Notes under the pieces: generated by a model
Database searches by the model: none
What the model saw: only the letters and a program-made list of their open reading frames with translations
Told to the model about the DNA's origin: nothing
Shown here: piece after piece, positions 1-8,771 of the stretch
Position numbering within the stretch: position 1 is the first letter of the stretch
Layout: the number at the start of each line of letters is the position of its first letter
NCBI RefSeq assembly: GCF_947504135.1
Contig: NZ_CANNGG010000006.1
Location: 43,927-107,926 of the forward strand
From: an uncultured Tenacibaculum sp.
GTDB lineage: Bacteria > Bacteroidota > Bacteroidia > Flavobacteriales > Flavobacteriaceae
Direction: 5' to 3'
Length of the DNA: 64,000 nucleotides
Program-made: the position numbers and the translations under genes

Positions 1-32
1 ACATACACAACCGCTTTTTTGTTTACATCAGC

Positions 33-1310
33 GTGGTTTCGGCATTGTTTTTAGTGTCGTTTTGGATTCCTGTGCTGTATTCTGCAACATGGATGTTAGT
101 ATGGTTGCTTATTATGGCGATGTGTATCGATCTAATCATTTTATATCGATTTAAAAACGGATTTTCAGCAAAAAGAATAGTGTCAGAAAAGCTATCAAAT
201 TCAGATGATAACGAAATAGCGATAACACTTGAAAACAATTATCCGTTTCGAGTTTTTATTTCGTTGATTGATGAGTTACCAGCACAATTTCAAAAAAGAG
301 ATTTTGAGCATGCAATGCCTTTGAAACCTGGAGAAAAATCAACCTATACATATACTGTTCGACCTGTTGAAAGAGGAGAGTATAACTTTGGAAGAGTAAA
401 TGTGTTTGTATCCTCTATTTTACAAATGTTTTCTAAACGTTACACATTTTCTGCAGAAGAGAGTGTAAAAGTATATCCGTCTTACGTGCAAATGAAAAAG
501 TACGAGTTTTTAGCAATGCACAATAACTTAACTGAGTTTGGTATGAAGAAAATCCGACGAATAGGGCATACCATGGAGTTTGAGCAGATAAAAAACTATA
601 TTCCTGGTGATGATGTACGTACGATAAATTGGAAAGCCACAGCAAAGAGAGGTGATTTGATGGTGAATCAATACCAAGATGAAAAATCGCAGCCTATTTA
701 TTCGATGATTGATTTAGGTCGTGTTATGAAAATGCCTTTTGAAGGATTGAAATTATTAGACTATGCGATAAACTCAACCTTAGCGTTTTCAAACATTGCG
801 TTATTAAAAAATGACAAAGCAGGAATGCTAATGTTTTCTAAAAAAGTAGAAAAAATAGTAGCAGCAAGTAGTAAGAAAACAAATTTATCAGTCATTAATG
901 AAGAGTTATATAATATAACTACAGATTTTTCAGATGCTAATTATGCATTGTTGTATGCTAATATTAAACGAAAAATAAATCAGCGAAGCTTACTGATTTT
1001 ATATACGAATTTTGAGCATATATCGGCATTAAAACGACAATTACCGTATTTAAAAGCAATAGCTAAAAAGCACCTGTTAGTAACCGTTTTCTTTGAAAAT
1101 ACAGAGTTAGATAGCCTAATTACTGAAAACGCTGAAGATTTACAAAGTGTGTATCACAAAACGATTGCTGAGAAATACGCATACGAAAAACGTTTGATGA
1201 TAAAAGAATTAGAGAAAAATGCAGTACATGCTATTTTAACCAAGCCACAGCATTTATCAGTTAATGTTATAAATAAGTACCTTGAGTTTAAAGCGAAAGG
1301 AATGATATAA
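33..1310 (+). CDS. DUF58 domain protein (MoxR AAA+ ATPase-associated, vWA-like); N-terminus probably lies before the window
   Basis: 425 aa ORF; frame is open back to the window edge (IHNRFFVYIS...); N-terminal TM segment; EFEQIKNYIPGDDVRTINWKATAK and NQYQDEKSQ motifs typical of DUF58. Confidence 0.9.
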   Translation: MVSALFLVSFWIPVLYSATWMLVWLLIMAMCIDLIILYRFKNGFSAKRIVSEKLSNSDDNEIAITLENNYPFRVFISLIDELPAQFQKRDFEHAMPLKPGEKSTYTYTVRPVERGEYNFGRVNVFVSSILQMFSKRYTFSAEESVKVYPSYVQMKKYEFLAMHNNLTEFGMKKIRRIGHTMEFEQIKNYIPGDDVRTINWKATAKRGDLMVNQYQDEKSQPIYSMIDLGRVMKMPFEGLKLLDYAINSTLAFSNIALLKNDKAGMLMFSKKVEKIVAASSKKTNLSVINEELYNITTDFSDANYALLYANIKRKINQRSLLILYTNFEHISALKRQLPYLKAIAKKHLLVTVFFENTELDSLITENAEDLQSVYHKTIAEKYAYEKRLMIKELEKNAVHAILTKPQHLSVNVINKYLEFKAKGMI

Positions 1311-1337
1311 AAAAAGCGACCATTTGGTCGCTTTTTT
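1310..1337. terminator. Bidirectional intrinsic terminator
   Basis: AAAAAGCGACC-ATTT-GGTCGCTTTTT between convergent genes. Confidence 0.85.
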
Positions 1338-1356
1338 ATTATTATAGAATTCGCTA

Positions 1357-1683
1357 CTATTGTAGCTCTTGTAATCTTTCTTGTAATAATTCAGGGCTAC
1401 CTAAAGCATCCATTCCTATCATAGAAATAACCCAAATGATATAAGCGATAAAAATTACGTTTAATACAATACCAACTATACCCAATGTTTTACCAGTACT
1501 AGCATTTTTTACTCCTTCATATAAATCAGGATTTTCATTATTTAATTTAATAGCTTTATTACCTAAAATAACAGCAATAATACCAAGAGGTAATCCAATA
1601 ACTCCGTAACAACAACAAGTTAAAATAGAGCAAATACCTAATACTAATGAAGTGGTTGAATTTGGTAGTTTTTGTTTTTCCAT
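1357..1683 (-). CDS. CCC-motif membrane protein (DUF4190-like)
   Basis: 108 aa, two TM helices, LVLGICSILTCCCYG motif. Confidence 0.8.
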   Translation of the reverse strand: MEKQKLPNSTTSLVLGICSILTCCCYGVIGLPLGIIAVILGNKAIKLNNENPDLYEGVKNASTGKTLGIVGIVLNVIFIAYIIWVISMIGMDALGSPELLQERLQELQ

Positions 1684-1697
1684 AGTTTTTCTAAAAT

Positions 1698-1991
1698 TTA
1701 AATTATTTGATTCATTTTTATTACATAGCTAGTCACAATAATGGCTATGTTAACGATAGCCAATATACTGATTATTTTTTGAGCGTATTTTACTTTATAA
1801 AAGAAGTTAATAGCAACCACAAAAGCTAACGCTAGTAAGGTATATATAGCAGGGTACATTTTAAAAGCCGCTATAAATTCCCCATGAAAAACTAAGCTTA
1901 ACGCACGTTGTATGCCACAACCTAAACAATCCATTCCAAAGAATTGTTTGTTTAAGCAGGGTAGCATATAATCTTCTAATTGTAAAAACAT
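1698..1991 (-). CDS. DUF2752 family membrane protein
   Basis: LPCLNKQFFGMDCLGCGIQRA...AAFKMYPA matches the DUF2752 C-x8-CPGCG-x2-RA pattern. Confidence 0.85.
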   Translation of the reverse strand: MFLQLEDYMLPCLNKQFFGMDCLGCGIQRALSLVFHGEFIAAFKMYPAIYTLLALAFVVAINFFYKVKYAQKIISILAIVNIAIIVTSYVIKMNQII

Positions 1992-1997
1992 AGCCTA

Positions 1998-2321
1998 TTA
2001 TTTAAACATATCCATTCCAGGAATGTTTGGCATACCGCTTTTTGCAGCAATTGCTAATTCTTGTTCGTTAATTTCACCAGCACGCTTTAACGCTTTGTTT
2101 AAAGCTAAAATTAAGTAATCTTCTAACTCTTCTTTATCTTCTAATAAAGATTCGTCAACAGTAATAGCTTTTATTTCTCTATTTGCCGTTACGGTAACTT
2201 TTACATTTCCATCAGCAATACTTTCATCAATTAAAACGGTATCTAAACGTTTTTTAGTTTCTTCTACTTTTTGTTGGGCTTCTTTTAATTTACCCATCAT
2301 TCCAGAAATATCTCCGAACAT
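1998..2321 (-). CDS. YbaB/EbfC family nucleoid-associated protein
   Basis: 107 aa; [43 protein letters not shown]. Confidence 0.9.
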   Translation of the reverse strand: MFGDISGMMGKLKEAQQKVEETKKRLDTVLIDESIADGNVKVTVTANREIKAITVDESLLEDKEELEDYLILALNKALKRAGEINEQELAIAAKSGMPNIPGMDMFK

Positions 2322-2394
2322 AATCCTTCTATTTTTATGATTTACTTAACAACAAAAATAGTATTTTCACAAGAAATATAAACCAACTTTAAAA

Positions 2395-4557
2395 ATGAAA
2401 AAATTAATGCTATCAGCTTTGGCATTTAGTCTTATTTTTGCGTCTTGTAAAAAGCAAGAAATGAAGAAAGATATCAAAGCTCCAGTTGCTGAAAAACAGC
2501 CTACAAAGTTAGAGAAACATGGAGATGTACGTACTGATGATTATTTTTGGATGCGTTTAACCGACGAGCAAAAAAATGCTGAGGTTAAAGATGAACAAAC
2601 TCAAAAAGTATACGATTACCTAAACGCAGAGAATACTTATTATGATGAAATGACGAAAGAAACGAAAGAGTTTCAAGAAGAGTTGTTTCAAGAAATGAAG
2701 GGACGTATAAAAGAGGACGACGAGTCTGTTCCGTATAAAAAAGATGGATACTTTTACATAACTCGTTATGAAAAAGGACAGCAATATCCTATTTATAGCC
2801 GTAAAAAAGAAACTTTAGAGGCTGAAGAAGAAATCATGTTCAATGTGAATAATGAAGCAAAAGGATATGATTATTTTCAGTTAGGAGGGTTAAATGTGTC
2901 GCCAGATAATAAAATGACAGCTTTTGCTACAGATACAGTAAGCCGTCGCCAGTATTTTATCAGAATTAAAAACTTAGAAACTGGTAAGATCTATAAAGAT
3001 ATCATCGAAAACACGACTGGAGGTTCTGTATGGGCAAACGATAATAAAACGTTGTTTTATGCTAAAAAAGACCCTGTAACATTACGTTCTTCAAAAATTT
3101 ACAAACATACGTTGGGTTCTGATGCATCTTTAGATGAATTAGTGTATGAGGAAAAAGATGATACGTTCGGAGCTTTTGTTACCAAGTCAAAATCTAAAGA
3201 TTATATCATAATAGGTTCGTATAGTACAGTTTCTACAGAGTACCACGTATTAGATGCTAATAACCCTGATGGAGAATTACGTATTATTCAACCTCGTGAG
3301 CGTGATTTAGAATATGATGTAGCACATTACGGAGATCATTTTTACATCAAAACGAATAAAGATGGAGCTACTAACTTTAAGTTAATGAAAACTCCTGTAG
3401 ATAAACCTGGCAAAGAAAACTGGGTAGATGTAATTCCTCATAGAGATGACACTTTATTTGAAGATTTTTCAATTTTTAAAGACTATTTAGTTTTAGAAGA
3501 AAGAAACGAAGGATTGAATAAAATACGTATCAAACGATGGGATGGAACTGAAGACTACTACTTACCTTTTGAAGAAGAAACCTATTCAGCAGGGGTATAT
3601 GGAAATCCTGAATTCGATACAGAGGTAATTCGTTATTCGTATAATTCAATGACAACTCCAAGTTCTGTGATTGATTTCAATATGAAAGAAAGGTCAAAAG
3701 AAGTTAAAAAGGAGCAAGAAGTTTTAGGAGGAAAGTTTGATAAAAATAATTATGTAAGCAAGCGTATATGGGTACCTGCTCGTGATGGTAAAAAAGTAGC
3801 GTTATCAATTGTACACCATAAAGATACGAAGCTTGATAAAAACACACCAATCTTACAATATGCTTACGGTTCTTACGGGTATACAATTAATGATGGGTTT
3901 TCAACAACACGTTTAAGTTTATTAGATCGTGGATTTGTATATGCATTAGCGCATATTAGAGGAAGTCAGTATTTAGGGCGTGAGTGGTACGAAGATGGTA
4001 AAATGTTGAATAAGAAAAACACCTTTACCGATTTTATTGATTGTTCTAAATATTTAATAGATAACGGTTATACATCACCAGAGCATTTGTATGCTATGGG
4101 AGGTTCTGCTGGAGGTTTATTAATGGGAGCTATTGTTAATATGAATCCAGAGTTATATAACGGAATCATAGCTGCAGTACCGTTTGTAGATGTAATTTCT
4201 ACGATGTTAGATGATAGTATTCCATTAACAACAGGTGAGTATGACGAATGGGGAAATCCTAATGATAAAGAGTATTACGATTATATCAAATCGTATTCTC
4301 CATACGATCAAGTTGAGGCAAAGGCATATCCAAATATGTTAGTAACTACAGGATTACATGATAGTCAAGTACAATACTGGGAGCCAGCAAAATGGGTAGC
4401 TAAACTACGTGAGTTAAAAACTGATAATAATTTATTATTCTTACATACAAACATGGAAGCAGGTCACGGAGGAGCGTCTGGAAGGTTTGATGCTTTAAAA
4501 GAAACAGCAGAAGAATACACGTTCTTTTTAATGTTAGAAGGTAAGTTAAAAAAATAA
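2395..4557 (+). CDS. ptrB: Oligopeptidase B (S9A peptidase), lipoprotein
   Basis: 720 aa; lipobox FASC; GGSAGG nucleophile, DSQVQYWEPAKW, AGHGG catalytic His. Confidence 0.92.
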   Translation: MKKLMLSALAFSLIFASCKKQEMKKDIKAPVAEKQPTKLEKHGDVRTDDYFWMRLTDEQKNAEVKDEQTQKVYDYLNAENTYYDEMTKETKEFQEELFQEMKGRIKEDDESVPYKKDGYFYITRYEKGQQYPIYSRKKETLEAEEEIMFNVNNEAKGYDYFQLGGLNVSPDNKMTAFATDTVSRRQYFIRIKNLETGKIYKDIIENTTGGSVWANDNKTLFYAKKDPVTLRSSKIYKHTLGSDASLDELVYEEKDDTFGAFVTKSKSKDYIIIGSYSTVSTEYHVLDANNPDGELRIIQPRERDLEYDVAHYGDHFYIKTNKDGATNFKLMKTPVDKPGKENWVDVIPHRDDTLFEDFSIFKDYLVLEERNEGLNKIRIKRWDGTEDYYLPFEEETYSAGVYGNPEFDTEVIRYSYNSMTTPSSVIDFNMKERSKEVKKEQEVLGGKFDKNNYVSKRIWVPARDGKKVALSIVHHKDTKLDKNTPILQYAYGSYGYTINDGFSTTRLSLLDRGFVYALAHIRGSQYLGREWYEDGKMLNKKNTFTDFIDCSKYLIDNGYTSPEHLYAMGGSAGGLLMGAIVNMNPELYNGIIAAVPFVDVISTMLDDSIPLTTGEYDEWGNPNDKEYYDYIKSYSPYDQVEAKAYPNMLVTTGLHDSQVQYWEPAKWVAKLRELKTDNNLLFLHTNMEAGHGGASGRFDALKETAEEYTFFLMLEGKLKK

Positions 4558-4583
4558 TTATATTTTTGCGCTCGATTGAGTGT

Positions 4584-4651
4584 AAGTGTCATTGCGAAAG
4601 CAACGAACAATCTCAACAGATTTTTCGTGTCTAATTTTCGTAATGACACTT
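4584..4651. repeat. REP-like palindromic element
   Basis: 16-bp arms AAGTGTCATTGCGAAA (4584-4599) and TTTCGTAATGACACTT (4636-4651), one mismatch; inner CAATCT/AGATT arms. Confidence 0.7.
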
Positions 4652-4671
4652 TTTCTTATTTATAAAACATA

Positions 4672-5667
4672 ATGAAAAGACATCAAGGTATTACCAATTC
4701 AATAATAGATTTAGTAGGTCAAACCCCCATGATTCAACTGCATCGAATTACCCAAGATTTACCGGGTACGTATTATGCAAAAGTTGAAGCTTTTAATCCA
4801 GGTCACTCTGCTAAAGATAGAATTGCACTTCATATTATTGAAACTGCTGAAGAAAAAGGAATTGTAAAAGAAGGAGATATTATTGTTGAAACAACATCTG
4901 GTAACACAGGATTTTCATTGGCAATGATTAGCATTGTAAAAGGATATCGCTGTATTTTGGCAGTGAGTGATAAGTCTTCTCAAGACAAAATAGACATGTT
5001 AAAGTCTATGGGAGCAGAAGTGCATGTTTGTCCTGCAAATGTTACTCCTGACGATCCTCGTTCGTATTACGAAGTAGCTAAAAGATTGCATAGAGAAAAT
5101 CCAGGGTCTATTTATATCAATCAGTATTTTAATGAACTAAATATTGAAGCACATTATAAGAGTACGGGACCAGAAATTTGGGAACAAACCGACGGAAAAG
5201 TAACTCACGTAGTTGCAGCAAGCGGGACAGGAGGAACGATTTCTGGAACAGCACGTTATTTAAAAGAACAAAATCCTGATATTCAAATTTTAGGAGTCGA
5301 TGCGATGGGCTCAGTGATTAAAAAGTATCATGAAACAGGTGAGTTTGATTCAAATGAAATTAGTCCTTATAAAATTGAAGGATTAGGTAAAAACTTAATT
5401 CCTACTTCTACCGATTTTGATGTGGTAGATGTATACGAAAAAGTATCAGATAAAGAAGCGGCTTTAAAAGCTAGAGAATTAGTAAAAGCAGAAGGTATTT
5501 TTGCAGGGTATACTTCAGGAGCAGCCTTACAAGCTACACAACAATACGCAGACAATGGTTTTTTTGATGAAAATAGTGTAGTAGTCGTAATTTTACCAGA
5601 TCACGGTTCTCGTTATATGAATAAGATTTATTCTAATAACTGGATGAAAGAGCAGGGGTTTTTATAG
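4672..5667 (+). CDS. PLP-dependent cysteine synthase/cystathionine beta-synthase family protein (no CBS domain)
   Basis: [15 protein letters not shown] (PLP lysine), TTSGNTG, ASGTGGT, PDHGSRY. Confidence 0.92.
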   Translation: MKRHQGITNSIIDLVGQTPMIQLHRITQDLPGTYYAKVEAFNPGHSAKDRIALHIIETAEEKGIVKEGDIIVETTSGNTGFSLAMISIVKGYRCILAVSDKSSQDKIDMLKSMGAEVHVCPANVTPDDPRSYYEVAKRLHRENPGSIYINQYFNELNIEAHYKSTGPEIWEQTDGKVTHVVAASGTGGTISGTARYLKEQNPDIQILGVDAMGSVIKKYHETGEFDSNEISPYKIEGLGKNLIPTSTDFDVVDVYEKVSDKEAALKARELVKAEGIFAGYTSGAALQATQQYADNGFFDENSVVVVILPDHGSRYMNKIYSNNWMKEQGFL

Positions 5668-5701
5668 GTAGTTCTTACTTACTCTTGTAGTCCTTAGGAA
5701 G
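5626..5701 (+). repeat. 76-bp direct repeat, copy 1 (3' end of the cysK-like gene plus 3' end of the convergent gene)
   Basis: ATTTATTCTAATAACTGGATGAAAGAGCAGGGGTTTTTATAGGTAGTTCTTACTTACTCTTGTAGTCCTTAGGAAG; 75/76 identical to 6519-6594. Confidence 0.95.
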
Positions 5702-6424
5702 ATTAAAAGAGAATTTTTTCATTTCTTCTCTTTTAATTTTATTGGTAATTGTATAGTTCTTTTTGTTAAGAAATTGTACCATAATAGGATAATTAGCTTT
5801 ATTATTAACGTTTTTTAATTCACCTTCTTTGTATTCGAAAATATTAAATGTCCAATAATTATGATTGCTATAATTTGTTAAGGTCATTGTAATAATTTCA
5901 TGGTTTCCGTCTCCATCAAAATCGTATTCTGGTCGAATAGTATCCATTTTATCAGTAAAAGAAATCTTATGGAAGGTAGAGTCTTGTGTTTGAAATAAGT
6001 ATATTACTCTAACATTCATTGCTGAAATACCATTACCCATATACGGAATTATCATTTTTATGTCTTCCAGACCATCACCATTTATATCTCCAACGTAAAT
6101 AGGATCGTGACCTGTATTTATTGTTGAAAATAACATGCTTTCTGGAAATTTGCAGATTTCTTTTTTATTACGAAATAAGCGAATCGTTGAAGTGTTTTCG
6201 AAATAAGTAAGTAAAGAGGTTAATTGAACTGTTAAGCTCTTTTTATTATCAAAAAAAGAGTCAATAGTAAGTGTGTGATGTATCGTATTTTTTGTGTCTA
6301 ACCAATCGTAAAGCTTCCAGTTCTTATATTCTTTATATTCTGTAGAAGGAAGTTTTTCAAAAGGAAATTGAGCAAACGAAAAGCTGCTAATTAAGAGAAA
6401 TATAGTGAAGTAAAATTTTTTCAA
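5675..6424 (-). CDS. Hypothetical secreted protein with Dx[DN]xDG (FG-GAP-like) calcium-binding motifs
   Basis: TTG start, signal peptide MKKFYFTIFLLISSFSFAQ; GDINGDGLED and YDFDGDGNHE. Confidence 0.7.
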   Translation of the reverse strand: MKKFYFTIFLLISSFSFAQFPFEKLPSTEYKEYKNWKLYDWLDTKNTIHHTLTIDSFFDNKKSLTVQLTSLLTYFENTSTIRLFRNKKEICKFPESMLFSTINTGHDPIYVGDINGDGLEDIKMIIPYMGNGISAMNVRVIYLFQTQDSTFHKISFTDKMDTIRPEYDFDGDGNHEIITMTLTNYSNHNYWTFNIFEYKEGELKNVNNKANYPIMVQFLNKKNYTITNKIKREEMKKFSFNLPKDYKSK

Positions 6425-6518
6425 AGCGCAGCAATTTACAATAGTTTTATTTGAGATTATAAAGATAAGAAGTTTTTTTACTTTAGAGTTTACTGTATGT
6501 AAATTGACTTTGTTAAAA

Positions 6519-6594
6519 ATTTATTCTAATAACTGGATGAAAGAGCAGGGGTTTTTATAGGTAGTTCTTACTTGCTCTTGTAGTCCTTAGGAAG
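6519..6594 (+). repeat. 76-bp direct repeat, copy 2
   Basis: Identical to 5626-5701 except one A>G. Confidence 0.95.
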
Positions 6595-6671
6595 GGTTTC
6601 CTTTAATTGACAATTTAGCAAACTGGGGAATTAACTATAGACAATCGATGTGTGAGGAGAAATGATTTAAT

Positions 6672-6711
6672 ATTTATTCTGATAACTGGATGAAAGATTG
6701 ATGTTTTTTAG
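6672..6711 (+). repeat. Degenerate third copy of the cysK-like 3' end
   Basis: ATTTATTCTGATAACTGGATGAAAGA (25/26 match to copy 1) followed by TTGATGTTTTTTAG. Confidence 0.8.
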
Positions 6712-7341
6712 TTAATCTATACCAAAGCAATAAATTTTAATAGTGTAGCTATACCCCATGGCAGTTTGTCCACTGTTTAGCGCAGGAATGATAGCATATT
6801 CTCCTTTTTTAAGTATGTCATCAAAAATTATTTCGTAGGTGTTTTTTTCAATCTTTTTAAGCTTGAAAGTTACTTCATTTTCAGAAGTATCTCTTGCATT
6901 TCCTCCCAATGCTATACTACTTTGAATAAATTGTCTTTTTTTTCTTTTTTCATTAGCCTTTATAACGGTGAATAAATCTTCAGGATTTAAAAGTCCTTCA
7001 TATTTAAATACAATTTTTGGTATTGATTGATTATTAAATCTAACATTAGATTTAGCTTTAAATGCTATTAATTGAGTTTTAACGCCTCCATAACCTAGAG
7101 CCTTGACTTTTGCTTCGTATTTTGCTTTAACTTTTTCTAAGCTTACTAAATCATCTCGATTTAAATAATAGGGTTCATTAAAGTTTTTTAAATTTAATTT
7201 TTTTTCATCTGTTATTTTTTTTGACCAAGTTCCGTCTGAGTGTAGTATAAAAATTTCACCACTAGAGGTTACAGCTTCTTTTGTTTGAGCTAAAGATGGA
7301 GATACGATAATCAGTATAAGTAAAATAAGATACTTTTTCAT
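6712..7341 (-). CDS. Hypothetical secreted protein
   Basis: Signal peptide MKKYLILLILIIVSPSLAQ (ATG at 7341 preferred over TTG at 7347); ILHSDGTWS motif near the N-terminus. Confidence 0.65.
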   Translation of the reverse strand: MKKYLILLILIIVSPSLAQTKEAVTSSGEIFILHSDGTWSKKITDEKKLNLKNFNEPYYLNRDDLVSLEKVKAKYEAKVKALGYGGVKTQLIAFKAKSNVRFNNQSIPKIVFKYEGLLNPEDLFTVIKANEKRKKRQFIQSSIALGGNARDTSENEVTFKLKKIEKNTYEIIFDDILKKGEYAIIPALNSGQTAMGYSYTIKIYCFGID

Positions 7342-7379
7342 AGTCAAAATTTTTAATAATCAAAAGTATTAAAAAAGAA

Positions 7380-8636
7380 CTATTCATACAACAAATACTG
7401 TTCACGTACCTTTTTAAAGTCATTTAGACCTTCTTGCCAACTTGCTTTGATTTCTTCTTCAGAAAGTCCTTGTTCAATTTGTTCTTGTAGTTTGGTAGTA
7501 CCTGCTAGTTTGGTAAAAAAAGTATTAAAAAAATCTTTTTTAGGAGACTGCTCGTATGCTTTTTTAAGCCAATTAAGATCTAAGTTAGCTAAACGGCTGT
7601 GAGTGCTTAAATCTTCTCCAAAACATAATTCTCCTTTATATTTTGGGTGTTTTGCTCCCTCATTCGATTGTGGAGTAAAACTAAAACCAGTTTTTTCTAT
7701 ATATGGCGAACCATAAATTTGAAATTGTTTGTCGGTTCCTCTTCCAGCAGAAACGTTTGTTCCTTCAAAAAAGCACAAACTAGGGTATAGGTTAATCGAA
7801 ACATCGTTCGGTAAATTAGGCGATGGTTTTATCGGTAAACTATATGTTGATTGATGTGTGTAATTTTCTAGCGGAATTACGGTTAAATCACATTGAATAC
7901 CATTTGCTAACCACTTTTCACCATTAATCATTTTACCGTATTCACCAATTGTCATTCCGTAAACTACAGGAACAGGGTGCATGCCTACAAAGCTTTTGTG
8001 TTCAGGTTCTAACATTGGTCCGTCAATATAATGTCCGTTCGGATTTGGTCTGTCAAGTAGTATCACAGGAATATTAGCCTCGGCACAAGCTTCCATTACA
8101 TAATGCAGTGTAGAAATATAGGTATAAAAACGAGCTCCTACATCTTGAATGTCAAAAACAACAGCATCAATTCCATTTAATTGTTCAGGCGAAGGTTTTT
8201 TGTTTTTTCCGTACAACGAAATAATTGGAATCCCTGTTTTTACATCTTTTCCATCAGCTATGGCTTCACCAGCATCAGCTTTTCCTCTAAAACCATGCTC
8301 AGGAGCAAATACTTTTTGAACGTTAATTCTATCGTAATTATGTAAATAATCTACTAAGTGATGTTGTACCATTTCAGACCCCATAATGTTGGGGGCAACT
8401 TCAGCTCGTTGTAACACTTGCAATACGGAAGTTTGATTTGCAACTATGGCAATATTTTTATTCTTTAAAAGAGGAAGGTAAGCTGTAGTTCTATCAGCAC
8501 CCGTTTTAATTGTTTTTGGCTGTTCTTGTATTGGCACTTCTTTAGTAGTTGATTTTTTTTGTTGTTGTGCACAAGAAGAAAATTGAAAACTGAATACTAA
8601 AAAAAGTAAAAAAACGTAATTAAAAGTAAGCTTCAT
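7380..8636 (-). CDS. DUF1343 / exo-beta-N-acetylmuramidase NamZ family lipoprotein
   Basis: FAPEHGFRG, FDIQDVGARFYTYIST, LDRPNPNG, PSPNLP, SAGRGT; lipobox FSSC. Confidence 0.9.
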   Translation of the reverse strand: MKLTFNYVFLLFLVFSFQFSSCAQQQKKSTTKEVPIQEQPKTIKTGADRTTAYLPLLKNKNIAIVANQTSVLQVLQRAEVAPNIMGSEMVQHHLVDYLHNYDRINVQKVFAPEHGFRGKADAGEAIADGKDVKTGIPIISLYGKNKKPSPEQLNGIDAVVFDIQDVGARFYTYISTLHYVMEACAEANIPVILLDRPNPNGHYIDGPMLEPEHKSFVGMHPVPVVYGMTIGEYGKMINGEKWLANGIQCDLTVIPLENYTHQSTYSLPIKPSPNLPNDVSINLYPSLCFFEGTNVSAGRGTDKQFQIYGSPYIEKTGFSFTPQSNEGAKHPKYKGELCFGEDLSTHSRLANLDLNWLKKAYEQSPKKDFFNTFFTKLAGTTKLQEQIEQGLSEEEIKASWQEGLNDFKKVREQYLLYE

Positions 8637-8771
8637 CTATAAAAAATTAAAACATAAAGGTACAGATTTCTATTTTTTAAGAATAATAAAAGTTAAAGAA
8701 TTAAAACCTAGGTATTCTTCTCTTTCTTTACATAAGAATTAGTTACTTTTGGTTTGTAAAAAAGAAAACAT

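Noticed and set aside
7375-7386. TTATTC microhomology between the namZ stop and the cysK repeat boundary as the recombination point
   Set aside because: A 6-bp AT-rich match is expected by chance and the sequences upstream of repeat copies 2 and 3 do not resemble the namZ flank.
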